A stretch of DNA of 64,000 nucleotides from Clostridiales bacterium (GCA_015056545.1 SVGE01000001.1:93906-157905), one strand, 5' to 3'. Shown: positions 19,985 through 29,903, counted from the stretch's first letter. Numbers and translations are program-made. Notes: generated by a model from the sequence alone, not told the origin.

Positions 19985-20285
19985 AAGCAAGTTAACTCAA
20001 TTACTTGAAAAGAAGAAAAACGAAAAAGAAGAATTGCTTCTTGAAATCAATTCATCTAAAAAGCAAATATATGCAGTTTCTTCTTCTGAGGAAATTGAAG
20101 ATGACTCCATATTTACCGATTTAAGAAAAGCAGAAGAAAAACTTAAAATGGTTAACTTAATAATAACTGAGGGGTCTCTTCAAATAAGAAATGTCGAAAA
20201 TCTTGAAAAAAGAATTTCTGACCTTGAAGAACTTCATACAGACTTATTCAAATCTGCGTATCGTTTACTTAACACAAAAATTTAG
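19971..20285 (+). CDS. Small coiled-coil protein (paralog family member B)
   Basis: Likely start at the ATG at 19971, after the SD ggagga. The C-terminal ...NLEKRISDLEELHTDLFKSAYRLLN resembles the gene at 20300. Confidence 0.5.
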   Translation: MLYNKSKLTQLLEKKKNEKEELLLEINSSKKQIYAVSSSEEIEDDSIFTDLRKAEEKLKMVNLIITEGSLQIRNVENLEKRISDLEELHTDLFKSAYRLLNTKI

Positions 20286-20299
20286 AAAGGATAAATAAT

Positions 20300-20602
20300 A
20301 TGAAAACGATTGAAAAAGAAATACATGCTTTTATCAAGAAAAAGAAAGAAGAAAGAAAAGAACTTTTGGAACAATCAATAAAACTCAATGAACAAATACG
20401 AAATGCAACAAGCAAAGAAGAGTTTGAAAAAGCAAAAGAACGTGTACGTCAAGTAAATTCCGAGATTAATAAGATAACCTTTATAATTGATAATGTTCAG
20501 AAACAACTTAAAAATGTTGATGCAATTAAAGAAAATATAAAAAATCTCGAAACAATTTGTTCAGATATGCTTAGTTCAATTTTTTCTTTATTAAACAAAT
20601 AA
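20300..20602 (+). CDS. Small coiled-coil protein (paralog family member C)
   Basis: 100 aa with SD aaaggata. The C-terminal ...NIKNLETICSDMLSSIFSLLNK parallels the other two family members. Confidence 0.5.
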   Translation: MKTIEKEIHAFIKKKKEERKELLEQSIKLNEQIRNATSKEEFEKAKERVRQVNSEINKITFIIDNVQKQLKNVDAIKENIKNLETICSDMLSSIFSLLNK

Positions 20603-20604
20603 AT

Positions 20605-20650
20605 TAAAAAAAGATTATAAATACATATATTGTATCTATAATCTTTTTAT
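20605..20650. terminator. Bidirectional terminator between the small-protein operon and rny
   Basis: aagattata-aatacatatattg-tatctataatctt flanked by an A run and a T run. Confidence 0.55.
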
Positions 20651-20652
20651 TT

Positions 20653-22194
20653 TTATTTAGCATATTCTATTGCTCTTGTTTCTCTTAAAATATTAACTTT
20701 AATTTGTCCTGGATATTCCATTTCATTTTCAATTCTTTTAACTATATCTCTTGATAATAATACCATATCACTATCAGAAATCGCTTCAGGATTTACTACT
20801 ATTCTTATTTCTCTACCAGCTTGTATTGCATATGAATTTTCAACACCTTTGAATGAATTTGCTATTTCTTCTAATTGTGTTAATCTCTTAATATATGCTT
20901 CTAATGTTTCTCTTCTAGCACCAGGTCTTGAAGCAGATATAGCATCAGCAGCTTGTACAATAACAGCAATAATTGAAGTTGGTTCAACATCTCCATGATG
21001 TGCTTCTACTGCATTAATAACAACATTGTTTTCTCTATGTTTTCTTAATACATCAACACCTATTTCAACATGTGTACCTTCCATTTCATGGTCTAATGCC
21101 TTACCAATATCATGTAATAATCCTGCACGTTTTGCAAGTTTAACATCTAAACCTAATTCACCAGCCATAATACCAGCAATTTGAGCAACTTCCATTGAAT
21201 GATTTAAAACATTTTGTCCATAACTTGTTCTATATTTTAGTTTACCTATTAATTTAACTAAATCTGGATCTAGGCCATGTACACCTGTTTCAAATGTAGC
21301 TCTTTCTCCCTCTTCTTTGATTGTTTCAAGAATTTCTTCTTTAGCTTTTTCAACCATTTCTTCAATTTTACCTGGATGAATTCTTCCATCTTGCATTAAT
21401 TTTTCAATTGCTATTCTTGCAACTTCTCTTCTTAAAGGATCAAAACTAGATATTACGATTGCTTCTGGTGTATCATCAATTATTAAATCTATACCAGTTA
21501 ATGTCTCAATAGCTTTAATATTTCTACCTTCTCTACCAATTAATCTACCTTTCATATCATCATTTGGTAAATTAACAGTAGAAACTGTTATCTCAGAAGA
21601 ATGATCAGCTGCACATTTTTGTACTGCATATGTAATTAATTCTTTTGCTTTCTTATTAGCTTCGTCTTTTGCTTGTTCTGTTGTTGTTCTAATAATTGTA
21701 GCCGCTTCTTCTTTTACTTCATCTCTAACTTTTTGAAGCACCATTTCTTTTGCTTCATCTTCTGTTAATCTAGATATTTTAAATAATTCATCTAATTGTT
21801 GCTCTTTTATTTTGTCTAATTCTTTTTGTCTTTCATCTAAATCATTTTCTTTTTTCTCAATTGCTTGTTCCTTTTTCTCTAAATTATCAATTTTCCTATC
21901 TAGATTTTCTTCTTTTTGCATAAATCTTCTTTCTTGATTTTGAATTTCTTGTCTTCTTTCTTTTACTTCTCTATCAAACTCTGCTTTTTCACTTAATATT
22001 TCTTCTTTTGCTTTTAAAACTTCTTCTTTTCTAATATTATCTGAAGCTTTTTTTGCATCATCAATAATTTTTTCCGCTTCTTTTTTTGCACTTTCAAGAT
22101 TTTCTTTATCTTGGTTGTCTTTAATAATTATTGTTAATATAACTGAAACTACAGCTGTAAGCAGAGAAGCAATAATTGTAACTGTTAAATTCAA
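20653..22194 (-). CDS. rny: Ribonuclease Y
   Basis: N-terminal TM helix, coiled coil, KH domain and HD domain ([13 protein letters not shown]...LLHDIGK). Confidence 0.9.
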   Translation of the reverse strand: MNLTVTIIASLLTAVVSVILTIIIKDNQDKENLESAKKEAEKIIDDAKKASDNIRKEEVLKAKEEILSEKAEFDREVKERRQEIQNQERRFMQKEENLDRKIDNLEKKEQAIEKKENDLDERQKELDKIKEQQLDELFKISRLTEDEAKEMVLQKVRDEVKEEAATIIRTTTEQAKDEANKKAKELITYAVQKCAADHSSEITVSTVNLPNDDMKGRLIGREGRNIKAIETLTGIDLIIDDTPEAIVISSFDPLRREVARIAIEKLMQDGRIHPGKIEEMVEKAKEEILETIKEEGERATFETGVHGLDPDLVKLIGKLKYRTSYGQNVLNHSMEVAQIAGIMAGELGLDVKLAKRAGLLHDIGKALDHEMEGTHVEIGVDVLRKHRENNVVINAVEAHHGDVEPTSIIAVIVQAADAISASRPGARRETLEAYIKRLTQLEEIANSFKGVENSYAIQAGREIRIVVNPEAISDSDMVLLSRDIVKRIENEMEYPGQIKVNILRETRAIEYAK

Positions 22195-22426
22195 TTATTA
22201 CACCTCCTATTAATTTTTCAATGTACAAAGTTTATTCTATTTATATTTATTTATTATATATTAAATTTAAATAAATCTACTTTTACACATATATTGTATA
22301 ATTTAATAATCATAATGTCAAGACAAAAATATGATTAATTATGTAAATTTTTGTAGAAGTATGAGATATATGCTAAACAGCAGTATTTCAACTATTAGAA
22401 TAATATAAAAATAACTATAAAAATTA

Positions 22427-22457
22427 ATTGACAAATAACATAAAACTATTCTATAAT
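22427..22457 (+). promoter_or_regulatory. Candidate promoter for the type III antitoxin-toxin transcript
   Basis: ttgaca (22427-22432), a 19-nt spacer, tataat (22452-22457); the repeats begin 15 nt downstream. Confidence 0.4.
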
Positions 22458-22471
22458 GTATATACTAAAAT

Positions 22472-22590
22472 AAGTTGGGTGACCTCATACCACAGTTGAG
22501 GACTATATAAAGTTGGGTGACCTCATACCACAGTTGAGGACTATATAAAATTTGGTGACCTCATACCACAGTTGAGGACTATAAAAGTTT
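22472..22590 (+). ncRNA. ToxI-like type III antitoxin RNA: 3.3 tandem direct repeats of 38 nt
   Basis: R1 22472-22509 and R2 22510-22547 are identical (aagttgggtgacctcataccacagttgaggactatata). R3 22548-22585 has 3 mismatches, then a partial fourth unit follows. Each unit contains an internal cctca/tgagg stem. Confidence 0.7.
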
Positions 22591-22620
22591 GGATAGCTTT
22601 CAACTTAGCTATCCTTTTAT
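22591..22620 (+). terminator. Terminator hairpin between antitoxin repeats and toxin gene
   Basis: ggatagct-ttcaactt-agctatcc followed by ttttatatt. This matches the terminator separating toxI from toxN in type III TA loci. Confidence 0.65.
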
Positions 22621-22646
22621 ATTATTCAGAAAGGAGGTATAATAAA

Positions 22647-23189
22647 ATGACAAAAAAAGATTTGATTCTAATTAGAGTTGAACCTAAATATATTGATTAT
22701 CTCAGACAATTTGATTCAAATGTACAATTAAATTCTGAACACTTACATAAAGAAAATAAACCATTTGTAGGTATTATCTTCAAAATCAATTTTCTTGATT
22801 ATTTTATTCCCATATCATCTAATAAAAAAGTGAAACTTATTAAAATCTATAATAATTATTTATTAAATAATACAAAACCTATTGATATGTTCTTTATTGA
22901 AGAAATAATTAATAACAAAAGAAGATTACTCTCTGTTCTCAATATAAATAATATGGTTCCTATCCCTGAGATAGCTAAAATATATTTTAATATAAATGAA
23001 GATAAAGACACTTCTTTGCTTCGTAAAGAAATACTATTTTGTAACAATCACAAACAAGATATTTTTAAAAATTCTCTTAGAGTCTATAATTCTGTTATAA
23101 ATCATACTTGGACTTCACTTGAAAGAAGATGTTGCAACTTCAAATTATTAGAAGAAAAATCTATCTTATATCAAAAATCATTTAAATAA
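22647..23189 (+). CDS. ToxN/AbiQ-family type III toxin endoribonuclease
   Basis: SD aggagg 8 nt before the ATG at 22647. The 180-aa product has N-terminal ...PKYIDYLRQFDSNV...KPFVGIIFKI..YFIPISS and C-terminal CNFKLLEEKS segments resembling ToxN (YIEYLKEFDDKV...KAFIGIVLEI..YLAPLTS...CNFSLLEEK). The longer ORF from 22572 is rejected. Confidence 0.7.
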   Translation: MTKKDLILIRVEPKYIDYLRQFDSNVQLNSEHLHKENKPFVGIIFKINFLDYFIPISSNKKVKLIKIYNNYLLNNTKPIDMFFIEEIINNKRRLLSVLNINNMVPIPEIAKIYFNINEDKDTSLLRKEILFCNNHKQDIFKNSLRVYNSVINHTWTSLERRCCNFKLLEEKSILYQKSFK

Positions 23190-23210
23190 ATTCTATTTAT
23201 CTCCAATATA

Positions 23211-23239
23211 TTGATATTTATACTTTTTTGTATTATAAT
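23211..23239 (+). promoter_or_regulatory. Promoter TTGATA-17-TATAAT for the Cys-rich small gene
   Basis: ttgata (23211-23216), a 17-nt spacer, tataat (23234-23239). Confidence 0.5.
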
Positions 23240-23289
23240 CTATCCATAAAAATATTTTACATATTTCAATAAACTATTATTTTGAAAGG

Positions 23290-23517
23290 ATGGATTATAT
23301 GTTTACTTGTGAATTCAAAAAACAATGTATTAAAGATAACAATAATCTTTTGAAACGCATTGAATTACCTAAATGTAATAAAGGTGTGTGTCATTCTGGT
23401 TGTCACAGATACAATTATTATCACACAAAACACTTTAGTCAAAGTTTAACACCTGAAGTATTAACAAAAATAAAAGAAATAGATGAAAACACAACACATA
23501 ATAGTTATTTAGGGTAA
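23290..23517 (+). CDS. Small Cys/His-rich protein (75 aa)
   Basis: SD gaaaggatgg. Five Cys (CEFKKQC...CNKGVCHSGCH) suggest metal binding. It has its own promoter and terminator. Confidence 0.45.
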   Translation: MDYMFTCEFKKQCIKDNNNLLKRIELPKCNKGVCHSGCHRYNYYHTKHFSQSLTPEVLTKIKEIDENTTHNSYLG

Positions 23518-23527
23518 AAAAACATAA

Positions 23528-23560
23528 AAAGGAATCGTATATTTTATATATGATTCCTTT
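23528..23560. terminator. Bidirectional terminator
   Basis: aaaggaatc-gtatattttatatat-gattccttt. Confidence 0.55.
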
Positions 23561-23565
23561 CATCT

Positions 23566-24855
23566 TTATAATTCCTCTACAATAAGCATATTATTTTTTA
23601 TATCAACTACTCTACCTTTTACTATTTCATTGCTTTGCTTATCTGTTTTAATTTTAGTATGTAAATAGTTTAAAGTAAATCCTTTCATATATTCATTATC
23701 TTTTTCTTCAAGTAATACTTCAACTTGTTTTCCTATGTATTTTTTTAAGTGACTAATTTCATTTGTATCACTTAAATTAAGCAATTTATCACTTCTGCTT
23801 GTTTTAATTTGTGGACTTACTTGATTATCCATTCTAGATGCAACAGTTCCCTTTCTAATTGAATATTTGAATACATGCATTTTATTTAAATTAATTTGTT
23901 TTAAAAAGTTATATGTTATTTCAAAATCTTCATCAGTTTCTCCTGGGAAGCCAACTATTATATCTGTTGTTATATTTGCTTCTGGATAATATTCTCTAAT
24001 TATATTAACTATATTTTTTATTTGCTCAGTTGTATATTTTCTATTCATAGTTTTTAATGTTTTATCATTTCCAGACTGAAGCGATAAATGAAAATGTGGA
24101 CAAAATTTATCTAATTTTATTAATCTTTCCATAAATTCTTTTGTTATTATAGTTGGTTCTAATGAACCTAGTCTTATACGCTTTAATCCTTCAATTCTAT
24201 TAATTTTTTCTAATAAATCAATTAATGAAATATCATTATCTAAATCTTTTCCATATGAGCATACATGTATACCAGTTATTACTATTTCTTTATATCCATT
24301 ATTTGCAATACTTTGCATTTCATTTATTGAATCTTCAAATGGTTTACTACGTATTTTCCCTCTTGCATATGGAATAATACAATAACTGCAGTAATTATTG
24401 CATCCATCTTGTACTTTCACAATAGCTCTTGTTTTTTCATAGAATGTAGTTAACTCTTCTGTTTCATATTTATCTTGTTTCATTATATCTGAAACAAATA
24501 TTTTGTCATTTTTATCTTTTAAATATTTTTCAATATACTTTACAATTTGCTTTTTATCTTCATTTCCAAGAATTAAATCAATTTCATCTATTTTTTCAAG
24601 TTCATCTTTTCCAATTTGTGCTAAACAACCAACTGCAACGACTATTCCATTGATATTTTTCTTTTTTGCACTTCTAAGCATTTGTCTAGATTTTCTATCA
24701 CTCATATTTGTTACAGTACAAGTATTTATTACATATATATCTGCTTTATCATTAAAAGAAACTATTTGGTATCCTTTATTTATAAATTGCCCAATCATTA
24801 CATTAGTTTCATATTGATTCACTTTACAACCTAATGTATTAAATGCTACTTTCAT
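23566..24855 (-). CDS. mtaB: tRNA t6A37 methylthiotransferase MtaB (MiaB-like radical SAM with TRAM domain)
   Basis: N-terminal MTTase domain (LGCKVNQYE), radical SAM CNNYCSYC motif and a C-terminal TRAM domain. Confidence 0.8.
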   Translation of the reverse strand: MKVAFNTLGCKVNQYETNVMIGQFINKGYQIVSFNDKADIYVINTCTVTNMSDRKSRQMLRSAKKKNINGIVVAVGCLAQIGKDELEKIDEIDLILGNEDKKQIVKYIEKYLKDKNDKIFVSDIMKQDKYETEELTTFYEKTRAIVKVQDGCNNYCSYCIIPYARGKIRSKPFEDSINEMQSIANNGYKEIVITGIHVCSYGKDLDNDISLIDLLEKINRIEGLKRIRLGSLEPTIITKEFMERLIKLDKFCPHFHLSLQSGNDKTLKTMNRKYTTEQIKNIVNIIREYYPEANITTDIIVGFPGETDEDFEITYNFLKQINLNKMHVFKYSIRKGTVASRMDNQVSPQIKTSRSDKLLNLSDTNEISHLKKYIGKQVEVLLEEKDNEYMKGFTLNYLHTKIKTDKQSNEIVKGRVVDIKNNMLIVEEL

Positions 24856-26986
24856 TAGCTATCTCCTCTACTATTTCAAAATCTATTCTCCTTAATTGTT
24901 TACTTGCATCTTTTACCTTTACTCTAATTTTATCTCCAATTATATATTTTTTGTTTGTTCTTCTACCAATAATACACATTATATCTTCATTAAAATCATA
25001 ATAGTCATCTTGCATGTCTTCATATCTAATTAATCCTTCTATTGTATTATCTAATTCAACAAACATACCAAAGCTAGTAAGTGATGAAATTACCCCATTA
25101 TATTCTTCACCAATTTTATCTTGCATATATTCACATTTTTTAATATCATCAAATTCTCTTTCTGCTTTTTCTGCATTTCTTTCTAAATCTGATGATGATT
25201 TAGAATAGTCTCTTGCTTGTTTTTCAAATTTGTTTAAAATACCTTGTGACAAATTGTATCCACTTGCAATATATTCAGAAATTATTCTATGAATAAACAA
25301 ATCTGGATATCTTCTTATAGGTGAAGTAAAATGGCAATAATATTTAGCAGCTAATCCAAAATGTCCTGCATTTTCTTCACAATATCTAGCAAGTTGCATA
25401 CTTCTTAACAAAAGATTTGACACCATTTTTCCATTTTCTCTATCTTTTACTTTATCTAATACTTCCTGCAAAGTTTTAGGATGAATTTCGTTATTTAAAC
25501 CTTTCATTTTAATATTAAAGTTATTTAGAATTTTATTTAATGTATATATTTTTTCACTATCTGGTTCTTCATGAATTCTATATATAAATGGTGCTTGCAA
25601 GAAAAAGAAAGTCTCTGCAATTGTTTCATTTGCACATAACATAAATTCTTCTATAATTTCGTCTGCAATTCCTCTTTCTCTTTTATCTATATTAATGGGT
25701 ACATCATTTTCATCTAATTCTATTTTTGATTCATAAGTGTCAAATTCTATGCTTCCTCTTTTTCTTCTTTTATTTTCTAAAATATTTTTTAATTCATACA
25801 TATGTGTAATCATTTCTAAAAAGTTAGTATATTCTTCATATTTAGCATTTTCTTTTTTTAATATTATATCTGTTACATCTGTATAAACACATTTTTTCTT
25901 AGAATTGATTATTGACTTAAATATTTCACTATCTACAACTTTACCATTATTATCTATTTTCATAACAATAGATAATGCACATCTATCTACACCTTCATTT
26001 AAACTACAAATACCATTAGAAAGTTCTCTTGGAAGCATAGGAAGTACTTTATTTATTAAATAAACACTAGTCCCCCTATTAATTGCTTCTTCATCTAATT
26101 TAGAACCTTCTTTAACATAATGACTAACATCTGCAATATGAACACCTAATTCATATAAACCATTATTAATTTTTTTTACACAAATTGCATCATCAATATC
26201 TTTTGTATCTGCTCCATCTATTGTAATAATATTTTCATTTCTTAAATCTCTACGTCCTCTTATATCTTCATCAGTTACAGTTTGATTTAAATTTCTAGCT
26301 TCATTTAAAACACTATCTTTAAATTCTAAATCTAAACCAAACATATTAACAACTGAAATAAAGTCTGTTTTTGGGTCACTTGCTCTACCTAATACTTCAA
26401 TAATTGTTCCTTCAGATTTTCTTCCATCTTCTGACCATTTATCTATTCTAACAATAACCTTATCTCCATTTTTAGCATTTCCTGAGCATTTTTTAGGTAT
26501 AAATATATCTTTTTCAATTTTAATATCGTCTGGTATAACAAAACCAAAATTTTTAGATGCTTCATATCTACCAATAATTTCATTAGACTTTCTTTTAGCA
26601 ATATCTATAATTACTGCTTCTGCTTTTTTTTCTAATGTTTTAGGTATAGTAATTTTAGCTATAACTATATCTCCATTTAATGCACCATTTATATTATCTT
26701 TTGAAACATAAACATCATCTTCTTCATCTGGCATGTCAATAAATCCAAACCCTTTTGAACTTGCTCTAAATGTTCCTGATATATATCCTTGAGATTTTAC
26801 ACTTATATATTTGTTTTTTTTAGTTATAATTATTAAACCTTCTTCTTTTAATTCATTTAATATATTTTCAATATTTCTTTTTTCTTCACTTGGCACACAA
26901 AGCGCATACATAATTTCTTTTAAATTCATTGATGTATAATTATCTGAATTAATAAAATTCAATAAAAGTTGTTTTTTATCTTCCAT
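24839..26986 (-). CDS. rnr: Ribonuclease R
   Basis: Cold-shock domains, the RNB catalytic core (DGADTKDIDDAI) and a C-terminal S1 domain. Confidence 0.9.
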   Translation of the reverse strand: MEDKKQLLLNFINSDNYTSMNLKEIMYALCVPSEEKRNIENILNELKEEGLIIITKKNKYISVKSQGYISGTFRASSKGFGFIDMPDEEDDVYVSKDNINGALNGDIVIAKITIPKTLEKKAEAVIIDIAKRKSNEIIGRYEASKNFGFVIPDDIKIEKDIFIPKKCSGNAKNGDKVIVRIDKWSEDGRKSEGTIIEVLGRASDPKTDFISVVNMFGLDLEFKDSVLNEARNLNQTVTDEDIRGRRDLRNENIITIDGADTKDIDDAICVKKINNGLYELGVHIADVSHYVKEGSKLDEEAINRGTSVYLINKVLPMLPRELSNGICSLNEGVDRCALSIVMKIDNNGKVVDSEIFKSIINSKKKCVYTDVTDIILKKENAKYEEYTNFLEMITHMYELKNILENKRRKRGSIEFDTYESKIELDENDVPINIDKRERGIADEIIEEFMLCANETIAETFFFLQAPFIYRIHEEPDSEKIYTLNKILNNFNIKMKGLNNEIHPKTLQEVLDKVKDRENGKMVSNLLLRSMQLARYCEENAGHFGLAAKYYCHFTSPIRRYPDLFIHRIISEYIASGYNLSQGILNKFEKQARDYSKSSSDLERNAEKAEREFDDIKKCEYMQDKIGEEYNGVISSLTSFGMFVELDNTIEGLIRYEDMQDDYYDFNEDIMCIIGRRTNKKYIIGDKIRVKVKDASKQLRRIDFEIVEEIANESSI

Positions 26987-27130
26987 TTTTCCTCCAATTT
27001 ATTGTAAACATTTTTATTTCCTTTATTATTATACCACTATATGAAAAATATATCAATTTAAAACTACAAAGAAAAAACTAGGAAATTAGTAATAAACTAA
27101 TTTTCTAGTCTTGATTTTTCATCATAAAAT

Positions 27131-27820
27131 TTATTTAATAAATTCTCTAACAACACTCATTAATGTTTCATTATCTGTTGATACTAGATATATTAAATAG
27201 CCTTTTCTTTCAACTGATTTAATGTTTTCTAATAATTGATATTGAGGTGCACTTAGTTTTGACCATGAATTTGTATATGTCTTAATAAAATTATTAATTT
27301 GAGTCTTAACTTCGTCTTTATTTTCTTCACTTGGTTTAACAATAATATACATATCTACGTCAAATTTGCCTGATGCAACTCTTACCACATAATCTTCAAG
27401 TAAAGAAATATCTATTCCTATTATTCCTTCAATCTCTTCATCAGATAATGTTATCATTTCTGGTAATATATTTTCATTTTTATTATTTGTTGTAACTTCA
27501 ATTCTGCTTTGCAAATTAGATAAATTTTCACTTGTACCTGATATATCTATATCTGTTTCTTCTTCATCAATTTCTAATTCATTATCAACTTCAGGTTCAA
27601 CAACTGTTCCAGTTTGTTCATTATCTTCACCAATAATAACTTCCACTTCATCAGGATTTGTTACATTATTATCATTATTAGTTATTGGAGTAGTGTTTTC
27701 CGGGTCAATAACCTCATTATTATTTTTACTATTAACTATACTAACAATTACCACAAGAGTTATAACAATTACGACAATAGAAATAATTATAAACTGTTTT
27801 TTAGAAATTTCATTATCCAT
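27131..27820 (-). CDS. Hypothetical membrane-anchored protein
   Basis: N-terminal TM helix, acidic linker and a conserved-looking C-terminal domain. Confidence 0.35.
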   Translation of the reverse strand: MDNEISKKQFIIISIVVIVITLVVIVSIVNSKNNNEVIDPENTTPITNNDNNVTNPDEVEVIIGEDNEQTGTVVEPEVDNELEIDEEETDIDISGTSENLSNLQSRIEVTTNNKNENILPEMITLSDEEIEGIIGIDISLLEDYVVRVASGKFDVDMYIIVKPSEENKDEVKTQINNFIKTYTNSWSKLSAPQYQLLENIKSVERKGYLIYLVSTDNETLMSVVREFIK

Positions 27821-28379
27821 TTTTTTCTCTCCTTTCTTTCATTTTTTTAATTTTTATTCTTCTTATTTCTTGTATTCTATTGTGTCTACTACCTAAAAAC
27901 ATAATAAATGGTGTTAATAATACATAGATTTCACTAGGTATATCTTTTGCACATAATATATCAAACCAATTAAAAATATAACTATGTATTACTAATACTA
28001 TATTTTTTACTCTATTAATAAAATCTATAAGGAAGAAATTGTCTTTTGATTCATTATAAAAAATTGTAGAAATAATATATACAATAAATAAACTTACATA
28101 TATCCCAAAACAAGAAATATATTTATTACTTCCTTTCTTTTTTCTTGCAGATAAATATCCTAAAATATATAGCATTACAAATATTACTAATGTTATAAAT
28201 ATACCAAAAAATATTTTATATCCATTATTAACATTTTTATCAAAAAAGTATAAACTGGCACTTAATAATAATCCAAAAGCTAATATTATAAAATATGCTA
28301 TTAAATCTAAATAAAATCTATTAAAAAGTGTTCTTTTTAATTTTTCTTTAAATGGTATTTCATTATTAATTTGTTTCAT
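27813..28379 (-). CDS. Hypothetical polytopic membrane protein
   Basis: 188 aa with 4-5 TM helices. Confidence 0.35.
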   Translation of the reverse strand: MKQINNEIPFKEKLKRTLFNRFYLDLIAYFIILAFGLLLSASLYFFDKNVNNGYKIFFGIFITLVIFVMLYILGYLSARKKKGSNKYISCFGIYVSLFIVYIISTIFYNESKDNFFLIDFINRVKNIVLVIHSYIFNWFDILCAKDIPSEIYVLLTPFIMFLGSRHNRIQEIRRIKIKKMKERREKNG

Positions 28380-29283
28380 AATTATTTTCCTTTCTTAAAA
28401 TATCTAAAACTTTATTAAACTCATCTGGCAGATTACTATCAAATTCAATATATTCCTTTGATGTAGGATGAATAAATCCTAAAATTTTTGCATGTAACAT
28501 TTGTCCAACTATTCCAAATGGATTCTTGCCATTCGAATATACTGTATCACCAATTAGAGGATACCCTATTTGTGACATATGTACTCTTATTTGATGTGTT
28601 CTTCCTGTTTCTAATTTCAATTCAACTAATGTATATTTATCAAATCTTTCTATAACTTTAAAATGTGTTACTGCACGTTTTCCATTTATATCAGCAGCCA
28701 TCTTTTTTCTATCCTTTTTGCTTCTGGCAATTGGCATGTCTATCGTACCTTCATCATTAGGTAATACCCCTCTAACAAGCGCAATATATATTCTATTTAT
28801 AGAATGATTTTTAAATTGCTCAGCTAAATTATTGTGTGTTTCATCATTTTTAGCTATTACTAATATACCAGAAGTATCTTTATCTATTCTATGAACAATT
28901 CCAGGTCTAATTATACCATTAATACCTGACAAACTGTCTTTACAATGTGCAAGAATGGCATTTACCAAAGTATTATCTTCGTTACCATTTGCTGGATGTA
29001 CAACCATTCCTTTCTCTTTATTTACAACAATAACATCTTTGTCTTCATAGACTATATTAATAGGTATATCTTGTGGAATTATTTCTAATTCTTTTTTTTC
29101 TGGAATATTAATTTCTATTTTATCACCAAAACATACTTTATATGATGGTTTTATTTGTTTTTCATTAACTAAAATATTTCCTTCTTCTATTAATATTTGT
29201 ACATAATTTCTAGTTATACTTTCTATATTTTCTGATATATATTTATCTATTCTAATATTACTTTCTTTTACTTCCAAAACCAT
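28366..29283 (-). CDS. rluD: RluA-family 23S rRNA pseudouridine synthase (RluD)
   Basis: S4 domain plus the HRIDKDTSG catalytic motif; adjacent to lspA as in many bacteria. Confidence 0.85.
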   Translation of the reverse strand: MVLEVKESNIRIDKYISENIESITRNYVQILIEEGNILVNEKQIKPSYKVCFGDKIEINIPEKKELEIIPQDIPINIVYEDKDVIVVNKEKGMVVHPANGNEDNTLVNAILAHCKDSLSGINGIIRPGIVHRIDKDTSGILVIAKNDETHNNLAEQFKNHSINRIYIALVRGVLPNDEGTIDMPIARSKKDRKKMAADINGKRAVTHFKVIERFDKYTLVELKLETGRTHQIRVHMSQIGYPLIGDTVYSNGKNPFGIVGQMLHAKILGFIHPTSKEYIEFDSNLPDEFNKVLDILRKENNYETN

Positions 29284-29837
29284 TTCTTTTTTCCTTTTTT
29301 CTCTATACTGTTTAAATCCATTCTATTAAATGCATCATTGTTAACTTTTAATAAATAAAATACAACTGTTAAAAATAATCCAACTGCTATACATATATCT
29401 GCTAAATTAAACGATATATCTTGTAATAATAGTGGTATACTCATATATGTTATAACATATCCTCTTATTATTCTATCAATTATATTACTAATTAAACCAA
29501 ACAAAACTAATATAAATGGGATATAGTTATTCTTATTTTTAACACGCTGTGCAAATTGTGTTAAAAACCAAAAAGCAAATATTGCTGCTATAACAATTGA
29601 TATAATTATATATATCACATTAAAATCTTTACCAAATATTGTTGCATATTTAGGAACAAATTTTAAATTAACAAAAAAGAATTCAATAGTCTGTGCATCT
29701 GCCAATCCCATAATAGCTACATTCTTCAAAATTTGGTCAACAACAATTAATATAATTCCAATTATTAATAGTATTATCATAAAACCTCCATTGTATATTT
29801 TTTTATCAATAAAATTATATATAACTTGTTTCAACAA
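29268..29837 (-). CDS. lspA: Lipoprotein signal peptidase II
   Basis: VVDQILK, SNIIDRI and FNLADI motifs with 4 TM helices. Confidence 0.75.
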   Translation of the reverse strand: MLKQVIYNFIDKKIYNGGFMIILLIIGIILIVVDQILKNVAIMGLADAQTIEFFFVNLKFVPKYATIFGKDFNVIYIIISIVIAAIFAFWFLTQFAQRVKNKNNYIPFILVLFGLISNIIDRIIRGYVITYMSIPLLLQDISFNLADICIAVGLFLTVVFYLLKVNNDAFNRMDLNSIEKKGKKKWFWK

Positions 29838-29903
29838 TGCAATAGAAAAATAAAAAAATATAGAGTAAAAATGTTATAAATATTACTCTATATTTTAATA
29901 ATT

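Noticed and set aside
22472-22590. Possible CRISPR array
   Set aside because: The repeats abut directly with no spacers, there are only about 3.3 units, and no cas genes are present. The promoter - repeats - terminator - toxin layout fits a type III antitoxin RNA instead.
22572-23189. Longer 205-aa ORF starting inside the 38-nt repeat region (MRTIKVWIAFNL...)
   Set aside because: Its first 25 codons run through RNA repeat 3 and the terminator hairpin and have no SD. A perfect SD (aggagg) precedes the in-frame ATG at 22647, which gives a ToxN-sized 180-aa protein.
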